Shown here: in pieces, positions 12,843 through 24,480 of the stretch | How the letters are laid out: each line of letters begins with the position of its first letter | Position numbering within the stretch: the first letter of the stretch is position 1 | Assembly (NCBI RefSeq): GCF_001194135.2 | Contig: NC_068998.1 | Span: forward strand, 48,517,215-48,581,214 | Length of the DNA: 64,000 nucleotides | Source of the DNA: Octopus bimaculoides | Taxonomy: Eukaryota | Direction of reading: 5' to 3' | Made by a program: the position numbers and the translations under genes | The notes under the pieces: model-generated | What the model was told of the DNA's origin: nothing | The model's input: only the letters and a program-made list of their open reading frames with translations | The model's database searches: none

Positions 12843-12960
12843 TCAGAGACGTTTCTCAAACATCTCTTCAGATTCTGAATTCAATTCGTCCTTCAGCAGT
12901 TTGGATTTCGTTTGTTTCTCTTTCCAAAGTTCAGTTCCATGACACAGACATATTGCACAA
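12843..12960 (-). CDS. Candidate terminal exon of an unidentified gene
   Basis: Acceptor aattaatcttttag. Two frames are open: CAICLCHGTELWKEKQTKSKLLKDELNSESEEMFEKRL* (stop 12843-12845) or VQYVCVMELNFGKRNKRNPNC* (stop 12893-12895). No homologue recognised. Confidence 0.3.
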
Positions 12961-13097
12961 CTAAAAGATTAATTCCTAACAAGTAACTAAATTACTTTGG
13001 CATGGAAGGAATAGACAGTGGTAGAATGAGACTAAAAATAACATAGAACTGTGATGAGAGGTGGTGAGAGTAGACACTTAAATAGAATATCAGTTAC

Positions 13098-13139
13098 CAT
13101 CAGTTCCACATTCTATTGTAAGTTCGCCACCAGATGAGA
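13098..13139 (-). CDS. Candidate 42-nt exon
   Basis: gtttgttttagtttttag|TCTCATCTGG...GAACTGATG|gtaact. Only the phase 1/1 frame is open (SSGGELTIECGTD). Confidence 0.3.
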
Positions 13140-13964
13140 CTAAAAACTAAAACAAACTAAAAGGGAAAAGGAAAGTCAAATAAAACAAGGTATTGAAATG
13201 ATAATCGGAGATAAAGAAATTTTTATGTGTGTATCTCGGTGATAAATTTACAAAACAAAAATTTAGAAGAAAAAATATACACAATTTTCATGGATTTGGT
13301 TTGCGAATAGGGCTGGAGATGAAATAATAAAAAAAAAAAATCATTCACACCGCCCCCGACCATCACTTCTTCACAACTTCCTGTGTTACCCATCATTGTC
13401 ATCATCATCACCATCACCACTACCACCATCATTAATTACCACTGCCACAACCACCACCATTAATAACAATACTATCATCATCATCATTATTATTATCAAA
13501 AAGAGGTTTTATTTTGCTTGTTTCTTTGATATCAGTTCTAAAGCTGGACACAAAGTCTCCACACCATTATCGCAATGCATTCAGACACTGGTGTAGAACA
13601 CGACAACAAATAATCAGCTAAGTAATTCTCGTTTTTCATTTCGCTATTCCTCACACAACACAGAACTAAAACAATAATTTCTTGTGATCTAAGTCACAAG
13701 CAATTACTGTCTTTTCACTTCCTGCAGAACTCAACCGATTTCTCAGTTGGGACCATATTTTCCGGCATACAAGTCAATGTGTAAACCTGCAGCGTAAACA
13801 TTCAAACTACACATCCAAACCCTGCTGCATTTCAGAGAAGACAATATTTACTGATAACACTGAATGTTGTGCAGTGGGTAGATACAGGTTTAAAAGCGTT
13901 GCTGAAAGAGTAGATTCTTGTGTTACACCATTCAAGTCATCATAGTCATCGCCGCCACTGTCGT

Positions 13965-14455
13965 AGCACTTGTCCAAGGTGTCATGCAGTGGGACTGAAC
14001 CCAGAAACATGTGGTTAGGAAGCAACCTTCTCACCACACAGCCCACACTCACAGATGTATACACACATATACACACATACACATAAATATAATGGACTTC
14101 TTTCAGTTTCTATCAACCAAATCCATTCACAAGGCTTTGGTTGGCCTGGGGCTATAACAGAAAGCACTTGTCGAAGGTGCCACACAGTGGGACTGAACCC
14201 AGAACCATGTGGTTAGAAAGCAAGCTTCTTACCACACAGCCCACACTCACTCATATTTACACACACACACACACAAACACACAAATATATAATGGGCTTC
14301 TTTCAGTTTCCATCTACCAAATCTACTCACAAGGCTTTGGATGGCTTGGAGCTACAATAGAAAGCACATGTCCAAGCATATGCCACGCAGAGAGAGAGGC
14401 AGAAATTCTGAAACTCAACACCCTGTGGTTGGGAAACAAACTTCTAACCACAAAG
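13965..14455 (-). mobile_element. Three tandem family B SINE heads
   Basis: cacttgtc(c/g)aaggtg...gggactgaacccagaa..atgtggttag.aagcaa..ttct(c/t)accacacagccc repeated three times. Confidence 0.8.
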
Positions 14456-14683
14456 TCACACCTTTATTTGTAATACACGTGTCTGTTCTAACTCAAACCA
14501 TCTGCTCCGCACGTACACACTACGCTCAGCCAGCACCGATGTTCAATCAGTGAGTAAATACAGTTAACACACACTTCTACATATCTTAACCAAATACTCA
14601 CGGTTGCACTACTATCAATTAGATAGCAGTCATGAGTTTAGCCTTGTTTTTGATAGTTTTTTTCGTGTATTTCATTTAGTATA

Positions 14684-14726
<43 letters not shown>

Positions 14727-15987
14727 NNNNNNNNNNNNNNNNNNNNNNNNNNNNNNNNNNNNNNNNNNNNNNNNNNNNNNNNNNNNNNNNNNNNNNNNNN
14801 NNNNNNNNNNNNNNNNNNNNNNNNNNNNNNNNNNNNNNNNNNNNNNNNNNNNNNNNNNNNNNNNNNNNNNNNNNNNNNNNNNNNNNNNNNNNNNNNNNNN
14901 NNNNNNNNNNNNNNNNNNNNNNNNNNNNNNNNNNNNNNNNNNNNNNNNNNNNNNNNNNNNNNNNNNNNNNNNNNNNNNNNNNNNNNNNNNNNNNNNNNNN
15001 NNNNNNNNNNNNNNNNNNNNNNNNNNNNNNNNNNNNNNNNNNNNNNNNNNNNNNNNNNNNNNNNNNNNNNNNNNNNNNNNNNNNNNNNNNNNNNNNNNNN
15101 NNNNNNNNNNNNNNNNNNNNNNNNNNNNNNNNNNNNNNNNNNNNNNNNNNNNNNNNNNNNNNNNNNNNNNNNNNNNNNNNNNNNNNNNNNNNNNNNNNNN
15201 NNNNNNNNNNNNNNNNNNNNNNNNNNNNNNNNNNNNNNNNNNNNNNNNNNNNNNNNNNNNNNNNNNNNNNNNNNNNNNNNNNNNNNNNNNNNNNNNNNNN
15301 NNNNNNNNNNNNNNNNNNNNNNNNNNNNNNNNNNNNNNNNNNNNNNNNNNNNNNNNNNNNNNNNNNNNNNNNNNNNNNNNNNNNNNNNNNNNNNNNNNNN
15401 NNNNNNNNNNNNNNNNNNNNNNNNNNNNNNNNNNNNNNNNNNNNNNNNNNNNNNNNNNNNNNNNNNNNNNNNNNNNNNNNNNNNNNNNNNNNNNNNNNNN
15501 NNNNNNNNNNNNNNNNNNNNNNNNNNNNNNNNNNNNNNNNNNNNNNNNNNNNNNNNNNNNNNNNNNNNNNNNNNNNNNNNNNNNNNNNNNNNNNNNNNNN
15601 NNNNNNNNNNNNNNNNNNNNNNNNNNNNNNNNNNNNNNNNNNNNNNNNNNNNNNNNNNNNNNNNNNNNNNNNNNNNNNNNNNNNNNNNNNNNNNNNNNNN
15701 NNNNNNNNNNNNNNNNNNNNATTACAATTAAAAGGGTAAAGGTTTATCAATTTATTAATTTATTAATAAATCAACAATTAACAATTTTTACCAAGCCCTT
15801 CGGTATGTAAACACCATTATCGGAGTTGCAAGTAATGCTATCTGTTAGAGTCTCAGCTTTTTTAGCTGCTATTTCTGAACTTCGGTATGTGGTGAAGCAA
15901 ATGTTTGCTGATCCCTTAATTATGTTTATATATATATATATATATATATATAATGATACATATGTTTCAAGTGGTTATGTAATGAGT

Positions 15988-16061
15988 GGTTATACAGTTA
16001 TCCACTTTAGTCAGTCATTTCAAGCTTGAAATGACCGACAAAAGTGGATAACTGCATAACC
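15988..16061. repeat. 74-bp spacer-less near-perfect palindrome
   Basis: 37-bp arms with 3 mismatches, centred on AAGCTT at 16024/16025. Confidence 0.9.
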
Positions 16062-16268
16062 TCTTGAAAACTGCAGATCGTTAAAGGCATTTAAAGTACC
16101 AATTATTGGTTTCTGTCATTATTCAAATATTATGAGACTCATATTTCTGACAATCTATTCTACCTTTTGCATGGATAATATAATTACTAAGCAATATGGT
16201 AGAGGAGTGAAATGTCGATCTAAACATTGACTCTGAAATATCTGGTAATGCATTCTATTAAATGTAAG

Positions 16269-16309
<41 letters not shown>

Positions 16310-16436
16310 ACACAAGCACACATACACATACTCACACACACACATATATATGCAGGAATATATATTTATACACACACATACATACATATATATATATATA
16401 TACACACACACATACATATATACAAACACACACATA

Positions 16437-16615
16437 TGACGAAAACATGGAGGGGACAGGTGGAGGAGATTGGGAGGGTTGGCTTGAGAAGGGAGGACGC
16501 CCAAAACAGGGCAAGATGGCGAGATGGTGTGAGGGTGGTTGTTATGGCACTGACATAGATCTGTCCACACCTGTTAACAGGGATAAAACCCAGATTCAAA
16601 ACACTGGCTGATGAT
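16437..16615 (+). mobile_element. RTE-clade LINE ORF2 C-terminus and short 3' UTR
   Basis: Translates KTWRGQVEE-IGRVGLRREDAQNRARWRDGVRVVVMALT*, typical of the RTE ORF2 end (GRPxKTW...DAxxRxxWR). Confidence 0.7.
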
Positions 16616-17084
16616 TATANNNNNNNNNNNNNNNNNNNNNNNNNNNNNNNNNNNNNNNNNNNNNNNNNNNNNNNNNNNNNNNNNNNNNNNNNNNNNNNNN
16701 NNNNNNNNNNNNNNNNNNNNNNNNNNNNNNNNNNNNNNNNNNNNNNNNNNNNNNNNNNNNNNNNNNNNNNNNNNNNNNNNNNNNNNNNNNNNNNNNNNNN
16801 NNNNNNNNNNNNNNNNNNNNNNNNNNNTATACATATACATATACACACACACCAGCTAAAAGAGACCACATTTCATGTGGTGTGACAAAATGGTCAATTA
16901 CGGTTGACCTGTGGCTAAAGAACAACAGTTTCACATGTCAAAAATAAAAGACACTGTAACACCATTACCTTTTTAAACACAAACAAAAGGTCCACAAACT
17001 GTCCCCTGAAAGTTGAAGGTGACGTCAATATCACAAACATAGATCACTGGGCATAAAACACCTGCCTCAATACTATTTCCCTGC

Positions 17085-17315
17085 TCAGCTCAGGTGTCTT
17101 GTCTTGCAAGGTACTTGGTAATCCCACTGGTGTTGGTGCCACATCAAAAGCACCCAGGACACTCTGTATAGTGGTTAGCATTAGGCCAAAGCAGATCGTT
17201 GAGCTTGGTACAGTCCTCCGGTTGACCAGTTCTTGTCAAGACATCTGACCCATTCCAGCATGAAGATTGGACATTAAATATTGATGGTGATGATAATGAT
17301 GGTGATGATGATAAT
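17085..17315 (+). mobile_element. Family C LINE 3' end, diverged
   Basis: cttgcaaggtacttggtaatccc...gtggttagcattagg...ccagcatgaagattggacattaaa then a (TGA)-rich tail. Confidence 0.7.
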
Positions 17316-17397
17316 GGTATGGTACAAATGCCTTCAGGGTTTGGGTGTGAAAAGCCATCAATAAATATGCAACACATGAATGTGCATTGTGGATGTG

Positions 17398-17464
<67 letters not shown>

Positions 17465-18449
17465 NNNNNNNNNNNNNNNNNNNNNNNNNNNNNNNNNNNN
17501 NNNNNNNNNNNNNNNNNNNNNNNNNNNNNNNNNNNNNNNNNNNNNNNNNNNNNNNNNNNNNNNNNNNNNNNNNNNNNNNNNNNNNNNNNNNNNNNNNNNN
17601 NNNNNNNNNNNNNNNNNNNNNNNNNNNNNNNNNNNNNNNNNNNNNNNNNNNNNNNNNNNNNNNNNNNNNNNNNNNNNNNNNNNNNNNNNNNNNNNNNNNN
17701 NNNNNNNNNNNNNNNNNNNNNNNNNNNNNNNNNNNNNNNNNNNNNNNNNNNNNNNNNNNNNNNNNNNNNNNNNNNNNNNNNNNNNNNNNNNNNNNNNNNN
17801 NNNNNNNNNNNNNNNNNNNNNNNNNNNNNNNNNNNNNNNNNNNNNNNNNNNNNNNNNNNNNNNNNNNNNNNNNNNNNNNNNNNNNNNNNNNNNNNNNNNN
17901 NNNNNNNNNNNNNNNNNNNNNNNNNNNNNNNNNNNNNNNNNNNNNNNNNNNNNNNNNNNNNNNNNNNNNNNNNNNNNNNNNNNNNNNNNNNNNNNNNNNN
18001 NNNNNNNNNNNNNNNNNNNNNNNNNNNNNNNNNNNNNNNNNNNNNNNNNNNNNNNNNNNNNNNNNNNNNNNNNNNNNNNNNNNNNNNNNNNNNNNNNNTT
18101 TATAAAAAGATAATGTTTATTTTGTTAATTTACAGCCATTTACTACAACACCGAGAAACTGACAGATGCACGCACAGAGGCAAACATACACACACATCAC
18201 AAATAACACACAGATATGATAAACGTTTATAAAGATTTTCTTTGCCTTTTTTTTTTCTCAAGATACATGCACATTATCATCGCCAACAGCAGCAACATCA
18301 TCATTATAATTACCACCATCATCATTGACATCATCATCATCACGAGCATCATCATCATCATCATCATCATCATCACCACCACCACCACCAACATCATCAT
18401 TATCATCACCACCATCAGGCGGGTGTGAATGTCCGTGGTTTCTGTATTG

Positions 18450-18670
18450 TGAAAGCGCGTGGCTTAGTGGTTAGGGCATTCGGCTCACGATTGTAAGGTC
18501 GTGAGTTCAATTCCCGGCGACGCATTGTGTCCTTGAGCAAGACACTTTATTCCCCTTTGCTCCAGTCCACTCAGCTGGCAAAAATGTGTAGTACCTGTAT
18601 TTCAAAGGGGCCGGCCTTGTCACACTCTGTGTCACACTGAATCTCCTTGAGAACTACATGTCTGTGTCAA
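18450..18670 (+). mobile_element. tRNA-derived SINE with a CORE-like segment and family D body, 3'-truncated
   Basis: gcgcgtggcttagtggttagggcattcggctcacgattgtaaggtcgtgagttcaattccc, then gtgtccttgagcaagacacttta, then the body shared with 4381-4771. Confidence 0.8.
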
Positions 18671-18699
18671 TCTCCACCATATACTCAGTGGATAGCTAG

Positions 18700-18935
18700 A
18701 TTTTTTATACACGAGACAGCAGCTGCTCAACACACGCCCACAAGTCACCTGATGCACAGACAATGAATGACTGCATGCAGGACAATTACATTCTCTTGCA
18801 TGCATCGGGACAAGTTCAGATGGTCACACTTCCATGAGTGAAAAGCTTGTCTCAAACAGGCAGGGCTCATTCCCCCATCCCCACCCCAATACTGTAGCAC
18901 AGCCATACCAATGTTGTCTCTGGGAAGAGACATGC
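18700..18935 (-). mobile_element. Decayed L1/Tx1-clade LINE ORF2 C-terminal cysteine-rich region
   Basis: Translates SRCMQENVIVLHAVIHCLCI then, after a frameshift, DLWACVEQLLSRV, resembling the CxxC..ETxxHxxxxC..LW motif. Confidence 0.6.
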
Positions 18936-19029
18936 TGCCTTAATATCTAACACACTCACTGATTCAATTTCCATTCATTTATTATTTATATTTTTTTATT
19001 TTCTATTTTTCCCTTTCGTTACTTCCGCA

Positions 19030-19330
19030 ACCTTATCAATGGATATTGACTCTGTCTGTTATGAGGACCGTGTTCTGATAATGGACAGGGTCAACATTCA
19101 TTGACAAGGTTACAAAAGCAACAAAAATTGTCAATAGCTTTTGACTTGAAAGCCCTCCAGAAGAGACCACCCAGACAGTTTTCATCAATGCCCAGTATCA
19201 ATCTGAGGCCATCATCGCTTGTTCCCTCAAGTAACCCCCTATAAAAATTTTGAGCTGTTTTTCTGCTAATAGCTTTGGTCGAGATGACACAATGCTGTGA
19301 GTGCCTGGCAACATTCCAGACCTCAAATGC
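19030..19330 (-). mobile_element. Possible highly decayed LINE reverse-transcriptase fragment
   Basis: Frameshifted LLEGFQVKS / LLTIFVAFVTLSMNVDPVH loosely resembles the xxFVDFxKAFDSV motif; weak. Confidence 0.3.
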
Positions 19331-19524
19331 CCAATCTTGGTCTATGCATGACCCATGATTGCAGCTTGGTCAAGGTAATGAGCTATGGAAGGAGGAGGAG
19401 GAGGAGGAGAAGAAGAAGAAGAAGAAGAAGAAGAAAAAGAAGAAGAAGAAGAAGAATTTAAATGTAAGATTTACTGACCTTTTGAAATTCCCGTAGCCAT
19501 AATTTTAATGTATTGTCCGGCTGC

Positions 19525-19566
<42 letters not shown>

Positions 19567-20160
19567 CAAAATAATAATAATCAAAATAATAATAACGAAA
19601 ATAATAATAATAACAATAGAAGTTTAGTGGAATGAATTACATAGATATAATTATCAAGGACAAGAATGAAAAGTGAGATTGTAGCAGGTAGTTGAGATAG
19701 TGATTAATGACAATTTCTGTGAGATCCTAGATGTCTTGAGGTCTTCTAAACGGCAATATATCAGCCGAAAGGAGGCAGAGGAAATTGTCAAAGAACAAGT
19801 GTGTCTTGGAACTGAGATAAGCAGGATGCAAGATGCTAAATTAAAAAATAGAAGCTTTAAGAAATGAAGCCCTGTTTCAGTCTCTATGGACTGCGGCCAA
19901 GCTGGAGCAGAGCCTCAATGGGTTTCAATTTAGTTGAACAAATCGACCCCTAGAATGTATTCCATCAGTCTGTTTAGCCAAACTGGCACATTGCGGGAAT
20001 GTAGACTAACCAACAATGGTTGTCAGGCGATAGGGAGCAGCCAAGCACGAACACAAAGTCATACACACACACACACACGGTGGGATTCCACACAGTTTCC
20101 AGTTATCAAATTCACTCACAAAACACTTGTTCTTTGTAAGCCTAATATCAAGGAGTTGAT

Positions 20161-20555
20161 ATTAGGAAGGGTACCTAGCCAAGGGATTGGCATAAGGAAT
20201 GGCATCTAGCTACAAAAGTTGGCAGTTGAAAGGGCAGCTAGACATAGTGGTTGGCATTAGGAATGGGACCCAGCCATAGCGATTGGCATTAGGAAGGGCA
20301 CTTGGCCATAGGGGTTGGCATTAGGAAGGGCACCTAGCCAAGGGATTGGCATTAGGAATGGCATCTAGCCAAAGAAGTTGTCAGTTGAAAGGGCACCTAG
20401 CCATAGTGGTTGGCATTAGGAAGGGCACCTGGCCATACGGGTTGGCATTAGAAAGGGCACCTGGCCATAGACACCATGTTAAATCTGAGACAGTGGAGCA
20501 AGACAGATTGTCTAATCTGTGCCAGCATGGAAAGCAGACATATGATGATGATGAT
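20161..20555 (+). repeat. About 32-bp minisatellite (~10 units) grown inside a family C element
   Basis: Unit ggttggcattaggaagggcacctggccata(g/c); followed by the family C tail tgccagcatggaaagcagac and (TGA)n. Confidence 0.85.
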
Positions 20556-20791
20556 ATATAATGCCATCATCATCATAACCATCCTTCAATCAATATGTTA
20601 ATCATCATCATCCTCATCACTACAGACAACATCAACCCCTTCGCACACATATTTTCCCCGCACAACTGAGAATTTGCTAAAATCTTTAGAAACAGAGTTT
20701 GTTCAATTTCTTTCGATTACATAAAAAGCCAACAGCTCTTGGAGTGTCTTGGTGAATAAAAAATGAATCAATAACAACAACAACAACAACG

Positions 20792-20844
<53 letters not shown>

Positions 20845-21448
20845 GTGATATCTTGCATAGCTTTAGAGCTAAATAGTGGTTACAGTGGCAGTGGTGTAAA
20901 ATATTCGCTACCGCCCAGTATTACTTTACGGAGAATCACAAAAATAATGGTAATTTGATCCCTGACTTGCAGACCACACCTTACTTCAACTCTTCCGACA
21001 TGAACCTACAAACGAAGACGTCTGTGTTGTTGCTAAAGCAGCTCATCCCATTACACCCAAACATTGTAGGAAACAAGAAAAAAAGAAAGAAAGAAAGGAC
21101 ACAATGAATAATGTAATCCAGTATATACAAAGAAAAAAGAAAAAAAAAAGGAGAATCTAGAATGATTAAAGCGCGAGAATAGCTAATGTGTAATGTCTGC
21201 TGAAACTGGGTTTACTCGGGGTTAAACAACAGCCTTCAATATCAACAGTTAAGAGAAAGTTGTGGTATGTTTGTTTAAGAATCAGACGTGGTAGTTGTGT
21301 GGTAAGAAACTTTCTTCCCGACCTTGTGATTCTGGGTTCAGTCCCACTGTGGGATTTCTACTATAGCCGCTCTGTAATGTTGTCTACACACCTTAATCTC
21401 TGAGTTATGCGCCCTCTTGTGCAAGATTATTTCACAGATCCTTTAGTG

Positions 21449-21775
21449 CAGGAGTTCTCAACTGGGGCCCATAAGGCCCCTAAGGGTCCATATAAGATTT
21501 TTTTTGAGGGGGTGTCTTCACAACAAAATAGTAAACCAGAGATCCACAATAGTGTTTCAAGGGCCCCCTGGAAAGTTTTTGCTTTAGATGTATGTATTGG
21601 TATAAGGTTTCTTTCTCTAACATTTTACAAGGTTCAACCTACAAAGCAGATGTGTGAAAAATAAAATAGAAATTTTGAAAGAAGTTTCTATAGAACTAGT
21701 TTTTTAAACATTGAATGGCTATGGGGGAGGGTCCACCAGGATAAAATAGTAATCAAATGGTTGAGAACCCCCCTG
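21449..21775. mobile_element. hAT (Charlie-like) MITE, 327 bp
   Basis: Terminal inverted repeats CAGGAGTTCTCAAC and GTTGAGAACCCCCCTG; flanking 8-mers CTTTAGTG and CTTTAAAG match at 6 of 8 positions (likely target-site duplication). Confidence 0.8.
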
Positions 21776-22169
21776 CTTTAAAGGGTCATCATTTCAGAGG
21801 CTTGTCTTCACAATNNNNNNNNNNNNNNNNNNNNNNNNNNNNNNNNNNNNNNNNNNNNNNNNNNNNNNNNNNNNNNNNNNNNNNNNNNNNNNNNNNNNNN
21901 NNNNNNNNNNNNNNNNNNNNNNNNNNNNNNNNNNNNNNNNNNNNNNNNNNNNNNNNNNNNNNNNNNNNNNNNNNNNNNNNNNNNNNNNNNNNNNNNNNNN
22001 NNNNNNNNNNNNNNNNNNNNNNNNNNNNNNNNNNNNNNNNNNNNNNNNNNNNNNNNNNNNNNNNNNNNNNNNNNNNNNNNNNNNNNNNNNNNNNNNNNNN
22101 NNNNNNNNNNNNNNNNNNNNNNNNNNNNNNNNNNNNNCCCCCCCCATCGCTTGTGGCTATAGCCTGAAG

Positions 22170-22400
22170 CTTCTTAAACTTTTCCACTGTCCTCAGTGAT
22201 GTTCCCCTAACAAGCATGGTGCACTGGAAGGACTTTCTTGAGAGGACCAATGTCTCAGTCTTTGCAACACTCCTTCTCATTCCTGCCTTACAGCACTCTG
22301 TAACAAACCCCATTTAGTGCATGCTGGAAATTATCTTCTGACAAGCCAGATAGTACTGTGTTGTCTGCAACTATCAGCCAATAAATCCAACACACGCTGC
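22170..22400 (-). mobile_element. RTE-clade LINE reverse-transcriptase fragment
   Basis: ADNTVLSGLSEDNFQHALN / (1-nt shift) GFVTECCKAGMRRSVAKTETLVLSRKSFQCTMLVRGTSLRTVEKFK matches the RT FADD...K(T/S)E...VEKFKYLG region. Confidence 0.8.
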
Positions 22401-23227
22401 ATCATACAACACACAGACCTCCCCCTTCTTTTCATCACCTTCTTTGTTTCCATATTTTCAAACTTGATAAAGAGCCAATATCCGAAACATTGATAAATTG
22501 CTTTCCTTTTCAACACTGACTTTACATACTTATTTTAAATTTTTTTGGGGGTGGGATTTGGAATTTTATATTAATGAACTGACTCTAATCCTAAAAGGGC
22601 TTTACAAATGAATCTATGCATTAATCTGGACATTTAATCTGATGTATATACAAATAACTAAGTTAACATTTCCGTTTTAATGCCCGAAACTTTGTTTTTA
22701 AAGAAGGCCTATAATGAAATATATAACTATTTGATCTCACATATGGAAAACATTCTACAGAATCAAAATATCTCTTAACATTGAAGAAAAAAATAATGAA
22801 ATATTTGAAACAGGAAATAGACAAAAAAAAAAGAATTCTTTTTAAAAAGTGATAAGTTTAAATTTTGTGTGTGTAAGTGATAATATGCAAATGTGTAACT
22901 GAATTGGTGAAGCTCAGACTAAAGGAAACTACAGTAGTTAATCATGGAAAGATTAGATGTTGTGTATTTCAGGCAGCTTGAAAGAAATGATGCCAGGCTA
23001 CTGAAGCAGAATTGGCAAGATTACCAACCAACATGTGGCTCCATCATATCACTTAACTAACCATGCAGTAATTTAAGAAACTCACATCCGCTCATATAAT
23101 CCAGTCAAATCTCACCTCAAACATATCTTCACAGATTTTTCAAAAATTCAGCCTCACATATAAAAAAAAAAAAAAGAAAAAAACTTCCCAAAAATGTTGA
23201 TAACATGAGCCACCAAAGGAGTTTATG

Positions 23228-23410
23228 GGTCGGGCAAATCTCTTTACATAACCCAACCAAAACTATTTATACTACCCAGCCAAACAAGTTCATAGAACTC
23301 AACCAAACTTCTTTACATAAACCAAGCCAAACTTATTTCTACAACCCAGCCAAATCTATTTATATATCCCAGCCAAACCAGTTCAGATAACTCAGCTAAA
23401 TTGTTTCAAT
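23228..23410. repeat. Degenerate 23-bp minisatellite, about 8 units
   Basis: acccagccaaa motif at 23251, 23274, 23297 and onward (23-bp period). Confidence 0.75.
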
Positions 23411-23759
23411 GACCCTGTAAAACCTGTCCCTTGATGTCTAAAATACTAAGTTTTTGCATTTTGGATTGTATTCACATGGGTGAAATTAGATATCCGTTTT
23501 ATTGTTAACCTCACAATATCATACTAAGAAATCTGTAACACAGTAACATCAATGAAATTTGAATTTATGTAGTCTGCAAGTCCAGCACCATAATCTCACG
23601 GATAATGTGCTTTGAATAACCAAGTCTTAAATCTCTTGGATTCAGAATTTGAGATTTTCAAATATGGAAATCTCTATTAAACTGTATACATTCTGGAAAT
23701 TTCTGAGAAATATTTTTTTTTTTTAATTTGATTGTTTTCAGAATTCAGCAAAATACATG

Positions 23760-23967
23760 GATTCACACATTCCAATATGGACTTGAAGGGGTCTTTGCTT
23801 CTACAATACACCAAATATTTTCACAAATTTTTAAATACAATTTCTTACAACATTTAATTATATTAATGTAATGGGATTTTTTTTAGACAACAAATGGCTA
23901 TGAGGGCCCATTCAAATGAAATAGAGAACTAACGAGTTCACAGGTAAAAAATGGTTGAGAACCACTG
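23760..23967. mobile_element. Partial hAT MITE, right end only
   Basis: Ends aatggttgagaaccactg and shares aatggctatg(g/a)ggg with the 21449 element. Confidence 0.55.
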
Positions 23968-24054
23968 ATCTAATTGAAGTGACAGTTAGCTATGGTGATG
24001 ATAGGTGTTTGTGAATAAGCTAAATAGATGACTGAACAAACAGCAACCTGTGTG

Positions 24055-24105
24055 TTTCAAAGCTGTGGCAATTCAACTGTGACGTTAATTTACTGAGTGA
24101 TAGAC

Positions 24106-24145
<40 letters not shown>

Positions 24146-24480
24146 GAGTGCTCACTCACACACATACACAACAATGCTATGATCATTCAACTATAATGTT
24201 AATTGATTCTGAGTGATAGATACAAACTCTCTTTCTCACTCACACATACACACACACTTACACATCAATTCTGTGTTCAATCAACTGTGATATTAAATCG
24301 ATTCTGAGTGATGGATGAATCCTCTCTCACTCACTCACTCATCAATGCTGTGTTCATTCAACTGTGATGTTAATTGACTCTGAGTGAAGTGATAGACACG
24401 TCTCCTCGCTCTCTCTTTTTCATATCAATACTGTGTTTATTCAACCGTGATGTTAATAATCGTTATGTGACAGATAATGT
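24055..24480. repeat. Five-copy repeat with a ~50-bp constant core and variable low-complexity spacers
   Basis: aatgctgtgttcattcaactgtgatgttaattgattctgagtgataga recurs, separated by CT/CA-rich tracts. Confidence 0.8.

Noticed and set aside
13719-13786. PENM...EF as INPP5A exon 2
   Set aside because: Spacing is off by one, there is no Trp, and the phase is incompatible with the 1891 acceptor.
15998-16006. DnaA-box-like TTATCCAC in the palindrome arms
   Set aside because: Imperfect match and no meaning in a eukaryotic intron.
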